Positions 1 through 9,951 are shown, numbered from the stretch's first letter. The stretch: DNA of 64,000 bases from Candidatus Heimdallarchaeota archaeon (GCA_019057815.1 JAHLWR010000003.1:96001-160000), one strand, 5' to 3'. A program made the numbers and translations. Notes: generated by a model from the sequence alone, not told the origin.

Positions 1-1
1 T

Positions 2-400
2 GGCGATCACAAAACACTGCAAGGATTAATTAATGGAATACTTTTTGGTTTTTTCACAGGTGTGATTATCTGGTATACCGTTGGTGAAACTATGAATGCA
101 AGGTATGAACATCTTGGTTTCCAATACCCATTCTGGATTGGCATATTGTTTGGTTGGGGGGCTAACTTTGGTGATTTGTTAGGGTCATTCATAAAACGAA
201 GAATAAATATAAAATCTGGTGGTAAATTTCCTGTTTTTGATCAACTTGGTTACATGGTTTTTGGTATTCTCTGGGCATGGCCTGTGTATAGAGCTATTCC
301 ATGGCAATTCTGGGTTTCTTTGTTGATTTTTGCTCCCTTACTTCATATATTATCTAATCTTTTTGCTTATGCTATTAAAGCAAAAGACGTACCATGGTAA
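2..400 (+). CDS. carS: CDP-archaeol synthase (5'-truncated by window edge)
   Basis: Frame is open from position 2 (GDHKTLQG...). Contains the CarS signature GDLLGSFIKRR...FPVFDQL, hydrophobic helices and C-terminal K.VPW. Confidence 0.9.
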   Translation, partial: GDHKTLQGLINGILFGFFTGVIIWYTVGETMNARYEHLGFQYPFWIGILFGWGANFGDLLGSFIKRRINIKSGGKFPVFDQLGYMVFGILWAWPVYRAIPWQFWVSLLIFAPLLHILSNLFAYAIKAKDVPW

Positions 401-507
401 ACTACTAGTTCATATAGAAAAAGAGCTATTTAATACACTGTCGATAAAGTCAAATTTATAAAGGAAATTACGTATAGAAAATTGTACTAACTTAAAAGTC
501 GTTTTCA

Positions 508-831
508 ATGAAAGTAGATTCAGATAGAAAGGATTGCATTCTAACTTGTCGTTCCTTTATGTGCAGCAAACGAATGTTGAAAATAAAAAGAGATGGAGAA
601 AGTAAAAGCTTTATTTGTCGCTTGGATGGATATGAATGTTTAGGATACAGCTGCAGTTATGCTGAGTGTAGAGACAGATTACTTAGTGACGATGGAAGAT
701 GTTTAAAACCTGTTCAGAAGGATCAGAAACATCTTAGGGTAAAGAATCTTGCATTTGAGCAACACAATAATAAGTTTCAACAAAATCTAGATGATAGAAT
801 TCAAAAGAAAATAAGCAGAAAGTTGAAATAA
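508..831 (+). CDS. Cys-rich conserved archaeal hypothetical protein, probably metal-binding
   Basis: Eight Cys in the pattern C..C..F.C..C...ECLGYSCSYAEC...DGRC. Confidence 0.7.
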   Translation: MKVDSDRKDCILTCRSFMCSKRMLKIKRDGESKSFICRLDGYECLGYSCSYAECRDRLLSDDGRCLKPVQKDQKHLRVKNLAFEQHNNKFQQNLDDRIQKKISRKLK

Positions 832-896
832 GGCTATGACTAAATCTTAAATATCTATAATGTAAAAGGTCTATAAGAATAAGATGTGATGTAAAA

Positions 897-1676
897 ATGA
901 TTCCTAATAGTTCTGGAACAGGTCAAAAAAAGCTTTTAACTTTCGGAATACCAAGTCTTGATGAAATTTTAGGGGGAGGAATACCTCCTGGATCAAATGT
1001 TCTAATAGAAGATGCAATAGGTGCTGAAGCGGAGCCTTTTGTTCTACAGTTTCTTGCTGAAGGCCTTAAAGCAGGTGAATACGGTTATATTATGTCGACA
1101 GAACACCCATACGACTATTATGTCGACATATTGAATGGGATAGGTGTTAACCCTGATATGCTATCAGCAACTGGGAGATTGCAATATATTGATGCTTTTA
1201 GCAACCCTTTTGGATATGCAGATAAGAGAGATTCACACCAACACACTGTAAACGATTTAAGCCAACCAAGAGAAATTAACGAGACAATAAGAAGAGCGTT
1301 TTTACACGTCCAAAATCAAAAAATCATGAAAAGAGGTATAGTCTTATCACTTTCATCGATAATTTACGCATCCAACGAATCGAAAAATATCTTATTTTCT
1401 TTTCTACAAAATAGATTAGCAAGCAATAAAAATGATGGGTCTGTAACAATTTTCTTACTGCATTACGATGCTCATGAACCGTTATTGGTAAGAGCAATAG
1501 AACATAATTGTGATGCAACTATAAGAGTATTAAAAGCTAAAACAGATAATGATCGACCTATTACAGAAGTCCGAGTTGTTAATGTAAAAGGCAAACCTGA
1601 ATTAGTAGGAGAACCAGTACTTTTCGAGTTCATAAGTGGAAAAATCTTACCCTATTATGAAGGTGAAAAGTTCTAG
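897..1676 (+). CDS. KaiC/RAD55-like RecA-fold protein with degenerate Walker A
   Basis: TFGIPSLDEILGGGIPPGSNVLI N-terminus and IEHNCDATIRV. The Walker A position reads EDAIGAEAEP (no GKT) and Walker B reads IVLSLS. Confidence 0.85.
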   Translation: MIPNSSGTGQKKLLTFGIPSLDEILGGGIPPGSNVLIEDAIGAEAEPFVLQFLAEGLKAGEYGYIMSTEHPYDYYVDILNGIGVNPDMLSATGRLQYIDAFSNPFGYADKRDSHQHTVNDLSQPREINETIRRAFLHVQNQKIMKRGIVLSLSSIIYASNESKNILFSFLQNRLASNKNDGSVTIFLLHYDAHEPLLVRAIEHNCDATIRVLKAKTDNDRPITEVRVVNVKGKPELVGEPVLFEFISGKILPYYEGEKF

Positions 1677-1699
1677 ATAACTCTTCATCCTTTTTTTTG

Positions 1700-2302
1700 A
1701 TGGGAATTAAAGATAGGTTTAATAATCAATATGAAAAGAATAACACGAGAAACTTGATGTTTGATTACCTATTTAAAACGATAATTGTTGGAAATCCAGG
1801 AGTAGGGAAAACATCAATAACACTCCGATTTGCTACTGGAGTATTTAAATCAAGATATCTCCCAACAATAGGCGTAGAATTCTCAGTAAAAGATATTGAA
1901 GTGAAAGGACAGCACATAAAATTACAATTATGGGATACAGGAAGTCATGATCGTTTCTCTTATATTAGACCAATGTATTATAGAGGAAGTTATGGTGTTC
2001 TGGTAGTTTGTGATTTAGCAAATGAGCTGACACTTAAAGAACTCGATAAATGGTTCACAGAAGTGTACTCCAATACTGAGGAAGTGATACCAGCTATATT
2101 GATAGGTAATAAAGCTGATTTGGGTGATAAGCGCTTGATATCGACAGAAGAACTTTTGCAATATGCTTCAGAAAAGAAAGACGAGTACAAATTAGCTGAA
2201 ATACCAGTCTATGAGGTTTCAGCAAAATCAGGGCAAAATATTAATGATATTTACTATCGCTTAGCAGATTTAATGATTAAAAAATCTAATGAATCGGAAT
2301 AA
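1700..2302 (+). CDS. Rab-like small GTPase (alternative start 1757)
   Basis: FDYLFK, G1 GNPGVGKTS, G2 PTIGVEF, KLQLW, G3 WDTGSH, YYRG, G4 NKAD, G5 EVSAK. Confidence 0.93.
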   Translation: MGIKDRFNNQYEKNNTRNLMFDYLFKTIIVGNPGVGKTSITLRFATGVFKSRYLPTIGVEFSVKDIEVKGQHIKLQLWDTGSHDRFSYIRPMYYRGSYGVLVVCDLANELTLKELDKWFTEVYSNTEEVIPAILIGNKADLGDKRLISTEELLQYASEKKDEYKLAEIPVYEVSAKSGQNINDIYYRLADLMIKKSNESE

Positions 2303-2391
2303 ATAACTTATAACTCTGCTTCTTCTCATGTTATTAATAAAAATCCAAATTTTCATTTTAATGAGGTTGTATGCAAATATTTAAGTTATTT

Positions 2392-2992
2392 TTACTCATT
2401 ATAGTATATATAATAAATTTAGATTGTTTTAGGTGAAAAAACTATGGCTAAAATAGTTGATGTCCGTATAAACGGAAGAGGAGGGCAAGGAGCTGTGACA
2501 GCTTCTCGTCTATTAGCAGAAGCAGCTATCATAGAAGGACAATATGTTCATGCTTTCCCTAACTTCGGTCCTGAAAGGGCAGGGGCTCCAGTTACGTCAT
2601 TTTCAAGAATCAGCCCTGAGCCCTTTACAGAGAAAATAGAGGTTTATAATCCAGATATCGTGGTTGTAATAGATTCTTCTTTGTTGGGTGATGTTCAAAT
2701 AGCTGAAGGTTTAAAACCTGGAGGTATAATTATTTGCAACTACGAAGGGAAATTGGAATCGCTAAAACACTATTTTGAAGGAGTAGATTCTAAAATTTAT
2801 AAGATATCTGGAACAAGAATTGCTAGGGAAGAGCTGGGAATAAATAAACCAAATATGATAATGCTAGGTGCATTGTTAAAAGTTGTTCAGATTGTTAAAC
2901 TTGAAAGTCTAATCAAAGTAACTAAAGAAAGATTCAAAGGTGTAATTGGTGAAAAAAATTCTAAAGCTATGAAAAGAGCATATAATGAGGTG
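2392..2992 (+). repeat. Direct repeat copy A (gamma gene plus upstream region)
   Basis: Matches 3523-4123 at offset 1131. The core 2465-2959 appears identical; the edges are diverged. Confidence 0.95.
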
Positions 2993-3013
2993 ACAGGCAA
3001 TGGTACAATCTAA
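2444..3013 (+). CDS. porC: 2-oxoacid:ferredoxin oxidoreductase gamma subunit, copy 1
   Basis: GRGGQGAVTA, FGPERAGAPV and NMIMLGA motifs; AGGTGA RBS. Confidence 0.92.
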   Translation: MAKIVDVRINGRGGQGAVTASRLLAEAAIIEGQYVHAFPNFGPERAGAPVTSFSRISPEPFTEKIEVYNPDIVVVIDSSLLGDVQIAEGLKPGGIIICNYEGKLESLKHYFEGVDSKIYKISGTRIAREELGINKPNMIMLGALLKVVQIVKLESLIKVTKERFKGVIGEKNSKAMKRAYNEVTGNGTI

Positions 3014-3269
3014 TGTCTGGTTCATAAAAAAGCAGAGTTGCTCAACCAACCTGTCAGAATAGCGTCAGAAGAACTATAAACAGAGAAGCTAAATTTAGGA
3101 GGTTTAGAATATAAACTAGATTAGTGAATTATTAGTGTTTAAAGATTTTAATCCTATTTTAGGTCCCCTAAATGTTATTTTCTCTCGGGAAAACTATATT
3201 TAAAAATAACCTATTTACGGAGAATATCACAATAATTTCTTTAAACATAAGAAAGTTTCCGGTGATAAA

Positions 3270-3563
3270 ATGGTATATAAATTTCCAAGCAAAGGATGGA
3301 TTGAATACTATAAGGACATTCTAAACAGTGAAAAGGGCAAACCATGGCAAAAAGCTGCTAAAGCGTGGGAAGGCGACTTTCTATTTGTTATAGAACCTGA
3401 TGAAAAATTAAAGCAAGGGAACACTTTCTACATAAATCTATGGCATGGAGAATGTAGGAAAGTAGACAGCTCAGAGGATGGAAAAAAATTACCGGAATCT
3501 GAGTTTGAGTACAGAGGAATACTTACTCAAGATAGCTTAATTAATAAATTTAGATTATTTTAG
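3270..3563 (+). pseudogene. SCP2 sterol/lipid-binding domain protein, 3'-truncated at the repeat junction
   Basis: FPS..W....LN...AA..WEGDFLFVIEP...LWHGEC is the archaeal SCP2 N-terminal half. After EFEYRG the frame runs into repeat copy B. Confidence 0.75.
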
Positions 3564-4123
3564 GTGAAAAAATTGTGGCTAGCATAGTTGATGTTCGTAT
3601 AAACGGAAGAGGAGGGCAAGGAGCTGTGACAGCTTCTCGTCTATTAGCAGAAGCAGCTATCATAGAAGGACAATATGTTCATGCTTTCCCTAACTTCGGT
3701 CCTGAAAGGGCAGGGGCTCCAGTTACGTCATTTTCAAGAATCAGCCCTGAGCCCTTTACAGAGAAAATAGAGGTTTATAATCCAGATATCGTGGTTGTAA
3801 TAGATTCTTCTTTGTTGGGTGATGTTCAAATAGCTGAAGGTTTAAAACCTGGAGGTATAATTATTTGCAACTACGAAGGGAAATTGGAATCGCTAAAACA
3901 CTATTTTGAAGGAGTAGATTCTAAAATTTATAAGATATCTGGAACAAGAATTGCTAGGGAAGAGCTGGGAATAAATAAACCAAATATGATAATGCTAGGT
4001 GCATTGTTAAAAGTTGTTCAGATTGTTAAACTTGAAAGTCTAATCAAAGTAACTAAAGAAAGATTCAAAGGTGTAATTGGTGAAAAAAATACTAAAGCTA
4101 TTAGAAGAGCATATAATGAGGTG
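3523..4123 (+). repeat. Direct repeat copy B
   Basis: Counterpart of 2392-2992. Confidence 0.95.
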
Positions 4124-4129
4124 GAATGA
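3575..4129 (+). CDS. porC: 2-oxoacid:ferredoxin oxidoreductase gamma subunit, copy 2 (operon head)
   Basis: Near-identical to 2444-3013; GTG start; stop overlaps the delta gene (ATGA). Confidence 0.93.
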   Translation: MASIVDVRINGRGGQGAVTASRLLAEAAIIEGQYVHAFPNFGPERAGAPVTSFSRISPEPFTEKIEVYNPDIVVVIDSSLLGDVQIAEGLKPGGIIICNYEGKLESLKHYFEGVDSKIYKISGTRIAREELGINKPNMIMLGALLKVVQIVKLESLIKVTKERFKGVIGEKNTKAIRRAYNEVE

Positions 4130-4467
4130 TGAAAAAAAAGGAAATACCTCTTGATATCCAAAAGTGGCATATAAACAAGTGGGGAACTGAAAAATTGCCA
4201 ATTGGTGGAGCTGTACCCTTTCACAGTTCATATGGTTATAAAACAGGAAATTGGTCAGCGAGGAAACCGTTTATTGATCAAGAAAAATGCACTGGGTGCT
4301 TGAATTGCTTCTATTATTGCCCTGATTCTGCAATTGAAATGCAAGAAATTGAAGGAAAATACGTAGCAGAATGTGATTTCAACTATTGTAAAGGCTGTGG
4401 AATATGTGTGCAACATTGTCCTGTTAATGCAATAGAATGGACGAAAGTGAGGTGGCACACAAAATGA
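4126..4467 (+). CDS. porD: 2-oxoacid:ferredoxin oxidoreductase delta subunit (2x[4Fe-4S])
   Basis: KTGNW motif, CxxCxxCxxxCP twice, YCKGCGIC. Confidence 0.93.
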   Translation: MMKKKEIPLDIQKWHINKWGTEKLPIGGAVPFHSSYGYKTGNWSARKPFIDQEKCTGCLNCFYYCPDSAIEMQEIEGKYVAECDFNYCKGCGICVQHCPVNAIEWTKVRWHTK

Positions 4468-5654
4468 TAGAACCAATAGTTAAAGGAATGACAGGTGATG
4501 AGGCTGTTGCTTGGGCTGCAAAACAAATAAATCCAGATGTAATAGCCGCCTACCCTATCACACCCCAGACAATTATTGTTGAACGCTTTTCAGATTATGT
4601 GAATGATGGTTTAGTTGATACTTCATATATTCCAGTTGAATCAGAACATTCAGCAATGTCTGCATGTGTAGGTGCTTCAGCAACGGGAGCAAGAGTTTTT
4701 ACTGCTACGGCTTCTGCTGGACTAGCTTTAATGTATGAAATTCTTTATGTGGCTTCAGGTATGAGATTACCTATCGTTTTAGCTGTCGCAAACAGAGCTT
4801 TTTCAGCTCCAATTAATATACATGGAGAGTGCACAGATCAAATGGTCTGTCGCGATGCTTCATGGATTTCTCTTTTTGGTGAATCAGCACAAGAGGCATA
4901 TGATGAAACTATTATGTCTTTCAAAATAGGAGAAAACCCAGAAGTAATGCTTCCAACAATGTTTGGTATAGAAGGTTTTATTGTTACACATGCTCTTGAA
5001 AGAGTCGATACACTTCCTGACAAAACCGTTAAAGAATTTCTCGGTGATAGAAGAGTAATACCAGCCTGTTGTACTTTTAACCCATTCGCTGTAGGAACTT
5101 TTGGTTCTTTAGTTTTACAAGATAATTACATGGAACTTAAAAGACAACAAGAAGAAGCAATGCAAAAAGCTTATCACGTAACAAAAAATGTTATGGCAGA
5201 ATTTTCCGAGATTTCAGGAAGGGATTACGAAATAATTGAAAAATATAATCTTGAAGATGCTGACTATGCTTTTGTCTCGTATGGAGCAACAGCAGGGAAT
5301 GCTAAAGCTGTAGTTGATCGTTTAAGAGAAAAAGGAGAAAAGGTTGGTTCACTAAAAATAAGACTATATCGTCCTTATCCTGTTTCTGACATCTATGAAG
5401 CTCTGAAAGGAATTAAAGCCGTATCTATTCTAGATCGTTCTGCAACTTTCGGTTCTCCAGCAACCATAGCTCAAAACGACTTGGCAGCAGCTCTTTATGG
5501 AAAGAAAGATGTTCCTACACTACATGGCTATATTAATGGTCTTGGGGGACGCGTTTTATTACTTCCTGAAATTGAACAAGTCTATGAACAGTCTAAGAAA
5601 TATCATGAGGAGGGGAAAGCCTTGACTCAAGATTGGATAGGGTATAGAAGGTGA
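4464..5654 (+). CDS. porA: 2-oxoacid (pyruvate):ferredoxin oxidoreductase alpha subunit
   Basis: AAYPITPQT, VESEHSAMS, RVFTATAS, GLGGR; ATGA overlap with the delta gene. Confidence 0.93.
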   Translation: MIEPIVKGMTGDEAVAWAAKQINPDVIAAYPITPQTIIVERFSDYVNDGLVDTSYIPVESEHSAMSACVGASATGARVFTATASAGLALMYEILYVASGMRLPIVLAVANRAFSAPINIHGECTDQMVCRDASWISLFGESAQEAYDETIMSFKIGENPEVMLPTMFGIEGFIVTHALERVDTLPDKTVKEFLGDRRVIPACCTFNPFAVGTFGSLVLQDNYMELKRQQEEAMQKAYHVTKNVMAEFSEISGRDYEIIEKYNLEDADYAFVSYGATAGNAKAVVDRLREKGEKVGSLKIRLYRPYPVSDIYEALKGIKAVSILDRSATFGSPATIAQNDLAAALYGKKDVPTLHGYINGLGGRVLLLPEIEQVYEQSKKYHEEGKALTQDWIGYRR

Positions 5655-5659
5655 GGAAT

Positions 5660-7729
5660 ATGATAGAATTACAACGTGTTAACTTAAAAGAAATCTCTAA
5701 ACTAGAACCTGCTCTAACAGGAGGTCATAGACTCTGCGCAGGATGTGGTGCAGGTACAATGGCAAGACAAGTAACTCTAGCTGCACAAGCTCTAAAGGAA
5801 CCTTTTATGATTGTTAATGCCACAGGGTGCCTTGAAGTAGCAACAACTATCTATCCATATAATTCATGGACCGTACCATGGTTGCATAATGCTTTTGAGA
5901 ATGCAGCAGCAACAGCTTCAGGAACAATTGTAGCACTAGAAGCTCTGAGAAGAAAGAAACAACTAGAGTATGATCAAATAAATATATTAATTTTCGGAGG
6001 TGATGGGGGGACGTATGATATAGGTCTTCAGAGTCTATCAGGAGCAATAGAAAGAGGACATGATTTTCTATATGTCTGTTATAATAATGGAGCATACATG
6101 AACTGCTTAAGTTTAGATACTTTCATTATGACTGAAGATGGTCTTAAACGTGTAATTGAAATCCAATTGGGTGATCTTGTTTATGCTTTTGATCAGACTA
6201 CAGGGGATTTGGTCTTAAAAGAATGTAGCGGTATATATGATAATGGTACTAAAGAAGTCTATGAATTGAAAACACTACATCACTCAATAAAAACAACATT
6301 AAATCATCCATTTCTGACAGTTCAAATGAGTCGAAAGAAAGATGTGAATGCTTTGATTTGGAAAACTCTTGAGCAATTAGAACTAGGAGATGAGATAATC
6401 GTTTTAAAGAAATTGACAGGTGGAAAGAGTTATACTTTCAAGAAAATAGATCTCTCCGTAAGGGGAGATTTTAAAGTTCATAAAATAAATGAAATCCAAC
6501 TACCAGAAAGTAGCAATCCAGAGCTAATGGAATTTCTTGGTCTGTACATAGGTGATGGTTGGACAAGATCTCATAAAGCTGAAACAGGATTTTCTTTTCC
6601 AGAGAAAACAGATGCGAGAGCGAGGTTAGTCTTCTTATCAAAGAAATTATTTAATTTAGAACCTAGTACTACTAGTCTTAATGACGTATATTTATACTCT
6701 ATAAATCTTGCACGGTTTATCGAATCACTTGGTTTTGGTAAAGGAGCTAAAAATAAGATTATACCATCTTGGGTCTTTACTATACCTCTTGAAGAAAAAG
6801 AAGCATTAGTTAAGGGATTAATGCAATCTGATGGATATATTGTAGGAAAAAGCAAAAGGTATGTTTCTGCTAGTTATGAATTGCTCAAAACATTAAGACT
6901 GTTATTGCAAACCATGAATTATAGAGTTGGAAAAATACATCAACAAACAAAGAAAAAAGGAACGTTTGTAGTTTATAGAAAATTACTGGAAGATAGTAGC
7001 TACGGTTATGTCTGTTTTAGTAAAAAGAAGGAACCGAATATAGACAAATATCTATCACAAATTAAACAGAGAAACTTCTTAGCAGAAAATAAATATTTTA
7101 GTTCAGAGAAAATTACTTCCATTGAATTCATTAAGGAAGAACCTACAATAGATCTTAGAGTTGAAGATGAACATAATTTCATTGCAGATGGAATAGTCGT
7201 CCACAATACTGGAATCCAACGTTCTAGTGGAACCCCTATGTGTGCTTCCACAACAACCAGTCCTGCTGGAACTGTTATCCCTGGTAAGATTAAGTGGGCC
7301 AAACCTCTTCCAGATATTATGGCTGCTCATGGAATTCCAACATTTACTGCTAGTCCCTTCTACCATCGCGATCTGATGTCCAAAGTTCAGGCTGGGTTAA
7401 ACCATGAAGGTCCTGCTTTCCTTCTTGTCGATTCACCTTGCAACTTGGGTCAACGATACGAGCCTAACATTTCATTAGAAATAGCTAAACTCGCTGTTCA
7501 ATCTTGTTTCTTCCCATTATACATGACATATCAAGATGAATGGGCATTCACTAGTGAATCCTTAAGAATTGCTAATAATCCTGATAAAAAGGTTCCAGTT
7601 GAAGATTACCTTAAACTTCAAGGACGGTTCAAACATCTCTTCAAACCTGAATGGAAGGATAAGTTGGTTGAGATTCAAGAAACAATTGATAATCGTTGGG
7701 AACGATTAATAAAGAAAACAAAATACTAA
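5660..7729 (+). CDS. porB: 2-oxoacid (pyruvate):ferredoxin oxidoreductase beta subunit, intein-containing
   Basis: GHRLCAGCG, ATGCLEV, GGDGGTYDIG and YNNGAYMN|TGIQRS split by an intein. Confidence 0.93.
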   Translation: MIELQRVNLKEISKLEPALTGGHRLCAGCGAGTMARQVTLAAQALKEPFMIVNATGCLEVATTIYPYNSWTVPWLHNAFENAAATASGTIVALEALRRKKQLEYDQINILIFGGDGGTYDIGLQSLSGAIERGHDFLYVCYNNGAYMNCLSLDTFIMTEDGLKRVIEIQLGDLVYAFDQTTGDLVLKECSGIYDNGTKEVYELKTLHHSIKTTLNHPFLTVQMSRKKDVNALIWKTLEQLELGDEIIVLKKLTGGKSYTFKKIDLSVRGDFKVHKINEIQLPESSNPELMEFLGLYIGDGWTRSHKAETGFSFPEKTDARARLVFLSKKLFNLEPSTTSLNDVYLYSINLARFIESLGFGKGAKNKIIPSWVFTIPLEEKEALVKGLMQSDGYIVGKSKRYVSASYELLKTLRLLLQTMNYRVGKIHQQTKKKGTFVVYRKLLEDSSYGYVCFSKKKEPNIDKYLSQIKQRNFLAENKYFSSEKITSIEFIKEEPTIDLRVEDEHNFIADGIVVHNTGIQRSSGTPMCASTTTSPAGTVIPGKIKWAKPLPDIMAAHGIPTFTASPFYHRDLMSKVQAGLNHEGPAFLLVDSPCNLGQRYEPNISLEIAKLAVQSCFFPLYMTYQDEWAFTSESLRIANNPDKKVPVEDYLKLQGRFKHLFKPEWKDKLVEIQETIDNRWERLIKKTKY
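6104..7207 (+). mobile_element. Intein (368 aa) with dual-motif LAGLIDADG homing endonuclease
   Basis: Begins CLSLDT (block A); TLNHPF (block B); FLGLYIGDG and VKGLMQSDG (LAGLIDADG motifs); ends HNFIADGIVVHN followed by Thr+1. Confidence 0.96.
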
Positions 7730-7956
7730 TCTTTTTCTCCTCATTCTTTCTTTTTCTTGAGATTATTAGTGAAATATTCTCTTTCTGATTATAGTATGCA
7801 CAAGATTATGAAAATGTTGTTTTAAAAAAGCTAAAAGTATTATAATAGGGAAAAGAGAATATTTGCTAATGCCCTTTTTTTCTTGTAGAAACTCTAATTC
7901 TGATTTAATATTTGTGTCTTCATAATCTTTATTAAATATTTATCTGATTTGCAATC

Positions 7957-8307
7957 ATGGCGACAAAAAAACAATTGGCAAATTGGGGCTCTATTCTTGC
8001 TCTAATTGGTGGAATTCTTGAAGTAGCTGTAGGAGTCTTGATGTTAATAGGAGGAATTCTAGAAAGTATCCTTGATATCTTCAATAAATCTAATTGGCTT
8101 GGTCCTTTGGTAGGGAATGATTTAGTCTCTGCTATAATACTAATAGTTGTTGGAGTTATTGTCATTCTCATTGCGATTGGGAGATTTGGATTAAATTATA
8201 CTGTAATTGCAATTATCTTCATCATCTTAGGAATTATAGGAAGTAGTCTTGCTGCTTTACTTATTCTAATTGGTGGAATTCTATACTTAATCGCTGCTTT
8301 GAAATAA
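7957..8307 (+). CDS. Small multi-pass membrane protein
   Basis: Three to four hydrophobic helices; LIGGIL repeated three times. Confidence 0.75.
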   Translation: MATKKQLANWGSILALIGGILEVAVGVLMLIGGILESILDIFNKSNWLGPLVGNDLVSAIILIVVGVIVILIAIGRFGLNYTVIAIIFIILGIIGSSLAALLILIGGILYLIAALK

Positions 8308-8310
8308 ACT

Positions 8311-9774
8311 CTAATTTTTTTTCTTTTTCTTTTTCCTTTTTACCTTCCTTTCTGATCTCTTTTGCTTTAAGAGGATGAAATTATCCTTTGAAAAAGCATA
8401 TAGTTCTTTGTAATTTTGTGGTCTCCAGAAAGCTAAATGCATTGTTAAATCATATGTAGAAATTGCAGTTATTAAAAGCAAAAATACGTAGAACATATGT
8501 AACCATTTTATTTGCATGATAATCCACACATTAACAACAAAAAGCCAACTAATAAGAGCTAGGAAAATTGCTGTTGCAAGAGGCTTCCATTTAATATTCC
8601 TGTATAATTGGGTGAAAGCTATTATCAAAAAAGGCATGAAAAAAGGGTCGTAATATTTGTAATTTCCTCGTGGTTGGAAAAGGTGTGCACCAACTACAAA
8701 CATCGCGAGAAAAGAATACCAAGCGCCTTTTTTCTTATATAAATGAGGACCAATTAACATCATAGCAAAATAGCATAAAACAGAGAAAAGAAGAAAAGGC
8801 AAATATAATTCATTCATTTCATAATAAAATAAAGCTAAACCTTCCCATTCCCAATAAAGAAATGCGTGAAAAGGTGTTGTTGACCATAGTCTCCACGTAG
8901 AATGAATAGAAAATTGAACATTGATGGTTGTACCTGTCCAAAGTTGTCGTCTAAAGTAACTTAATTTATGCATGTAAATCCATGGTAGAGAAATTATTAG
9001 TCCAACAACGAATAGAACTAAAAGAAATTCTAGACTTTTTCTAATGTCATTACGGAAGTAGTAAAGAAAGAAAATTGGTACCAAATATAGGGCAATGAGT
9101 TTTGTAAATACAGCTATAGCTAAAAAACTAGCTGAGAGTTTGTGTTTTTCGCTAATAAGAAAGTATAGGGCGAGTATGGTGAAGAATGTGAACATGTAAG
9201 TGTTGAGATAAACAATAGTATTGTAAAAAAGAACTAGAGGTGAAAAGGTGTAAATTAAGCTACCTGTTAGTGGTAAAACGTATTGCATAACTCCTTCGAT
9301 TTTCTTTTTCGCGCTTTTTTGAATGATTAAAAATATAAGAATTGTAGTAAGAGAATCAAAGAAAGCTGGAGCAATTGTTACAGTTTCCCATGCTAACTCC
9401 ATGCGAGTAAGAGAAGGATGAAAAATTTGAACAAAATATGAAAGAAAAACAAACATGTAAGCAAAAATCGGTCCATAAACATACCCCACTAATGGCCAAG
9501 TCATGTCTCCATAAAGATTCCAATTTTGATACCTAAAAGCATAGAGATAAGATCTATAGTAATCAGTTGCATCTTGATATGTTTCCCAATAATGACCTGT
9601 AGAGGAAATATACGGAGTGACATCATAGTTGTGCAAGAACCAAGTTTCTATTATTGCTCTAATAGCGAAAGATATTAAGAATATACTGTAACATATGGCT
9701 ATCTGCTTCAGCTTCTGATAGTTGTTTGAAGATAAATAGATTCCAGTTTTGTCGACAACGTTTCTAATTCGCAC
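8311..9774 (-). CDS. GT-C fold membrane glycosyltransferase (GT87/PIG-M-like mannosyltransferase)
   Basis: About 11 TM segments; first-loop Asp (YQDA), YVYGP, F.D, FSPLV and LAIAVFTK...P motifs. Confidence 0.7.
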   Translation of the reverse strand: MRIRNVVDKTGIYLSSNNYQKLKQIAICYSIFLISFAIRAIIETWFLHNYDVTPYISSTGHYWETYQDATDYYRSYLYAFRYQNWNLYGDMTWPLVGYVYGPIFAYMFVFLSYFVQIFHPSLTRMELAWETVTIAPAFFDSLTTILIFLIIQKSAKKKIEGVMQYVLPLTGSLIYTFSPLVLFYNTIVYLNTYMFTFFTILALYFLISEKHKLSASFLAIAVFTKLIALYLVPIFFLYYFRNDIRKSLEFLLVLFVVGLIISLPWIYMHKLSYFRRQLWTGTTINVQFSIHSTWRLWSTTPFHAFLYWEWEGLALFYYEMNELYLPFLLFSVLCYFAMMLIGPHLYKKKGAWYSFLAMFVVGAHLFQPRGNYKYYDPFFMPFLIIAFTQLYRNIKWKPLATAIFLALISWLFVVNVWIIMQIKWLHMFYVFLLLITAISTYDLTMHLAFWRPQNYKELYAFSKDNFILLKQKRSERKVKRKKKKKKN

Positions 9775-9951
9775 AGAATAAATGAAAAGCTTACTATAGT
9801 TAAATTTTTTCCAAAGAAAGAGATTTTAATACGAAATGCAAGAGATTTGCAAATAAACTGTTTTTTTGACTGAACATAGCGAAGTACACTTCCTTTGGGG
9901 AGTAGTTTATCATAAAAGTTAAATCACTATTAGTTGTATTCTTAATAGAAT

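Noticed and set aside
897-1676. Circadian KaiC clock
   Set aside because: Single domain, degenerate ATPase motifs, and no KaiA/KaiB nearby.
4018-7366. Numerous short antisense ORFs within the por operon (and similar ones elsewhere, e.g. 17858, 41041, 59411, 63403)
   Set aside because: They overlap well-supported genes and have no motifs of their own.
7957-8307. Possible Asterix partner for the CCDC47-like protein
   Set aside because: The size is similar, but there is no recognisable Asterix motif, and it lies 39 kb away.
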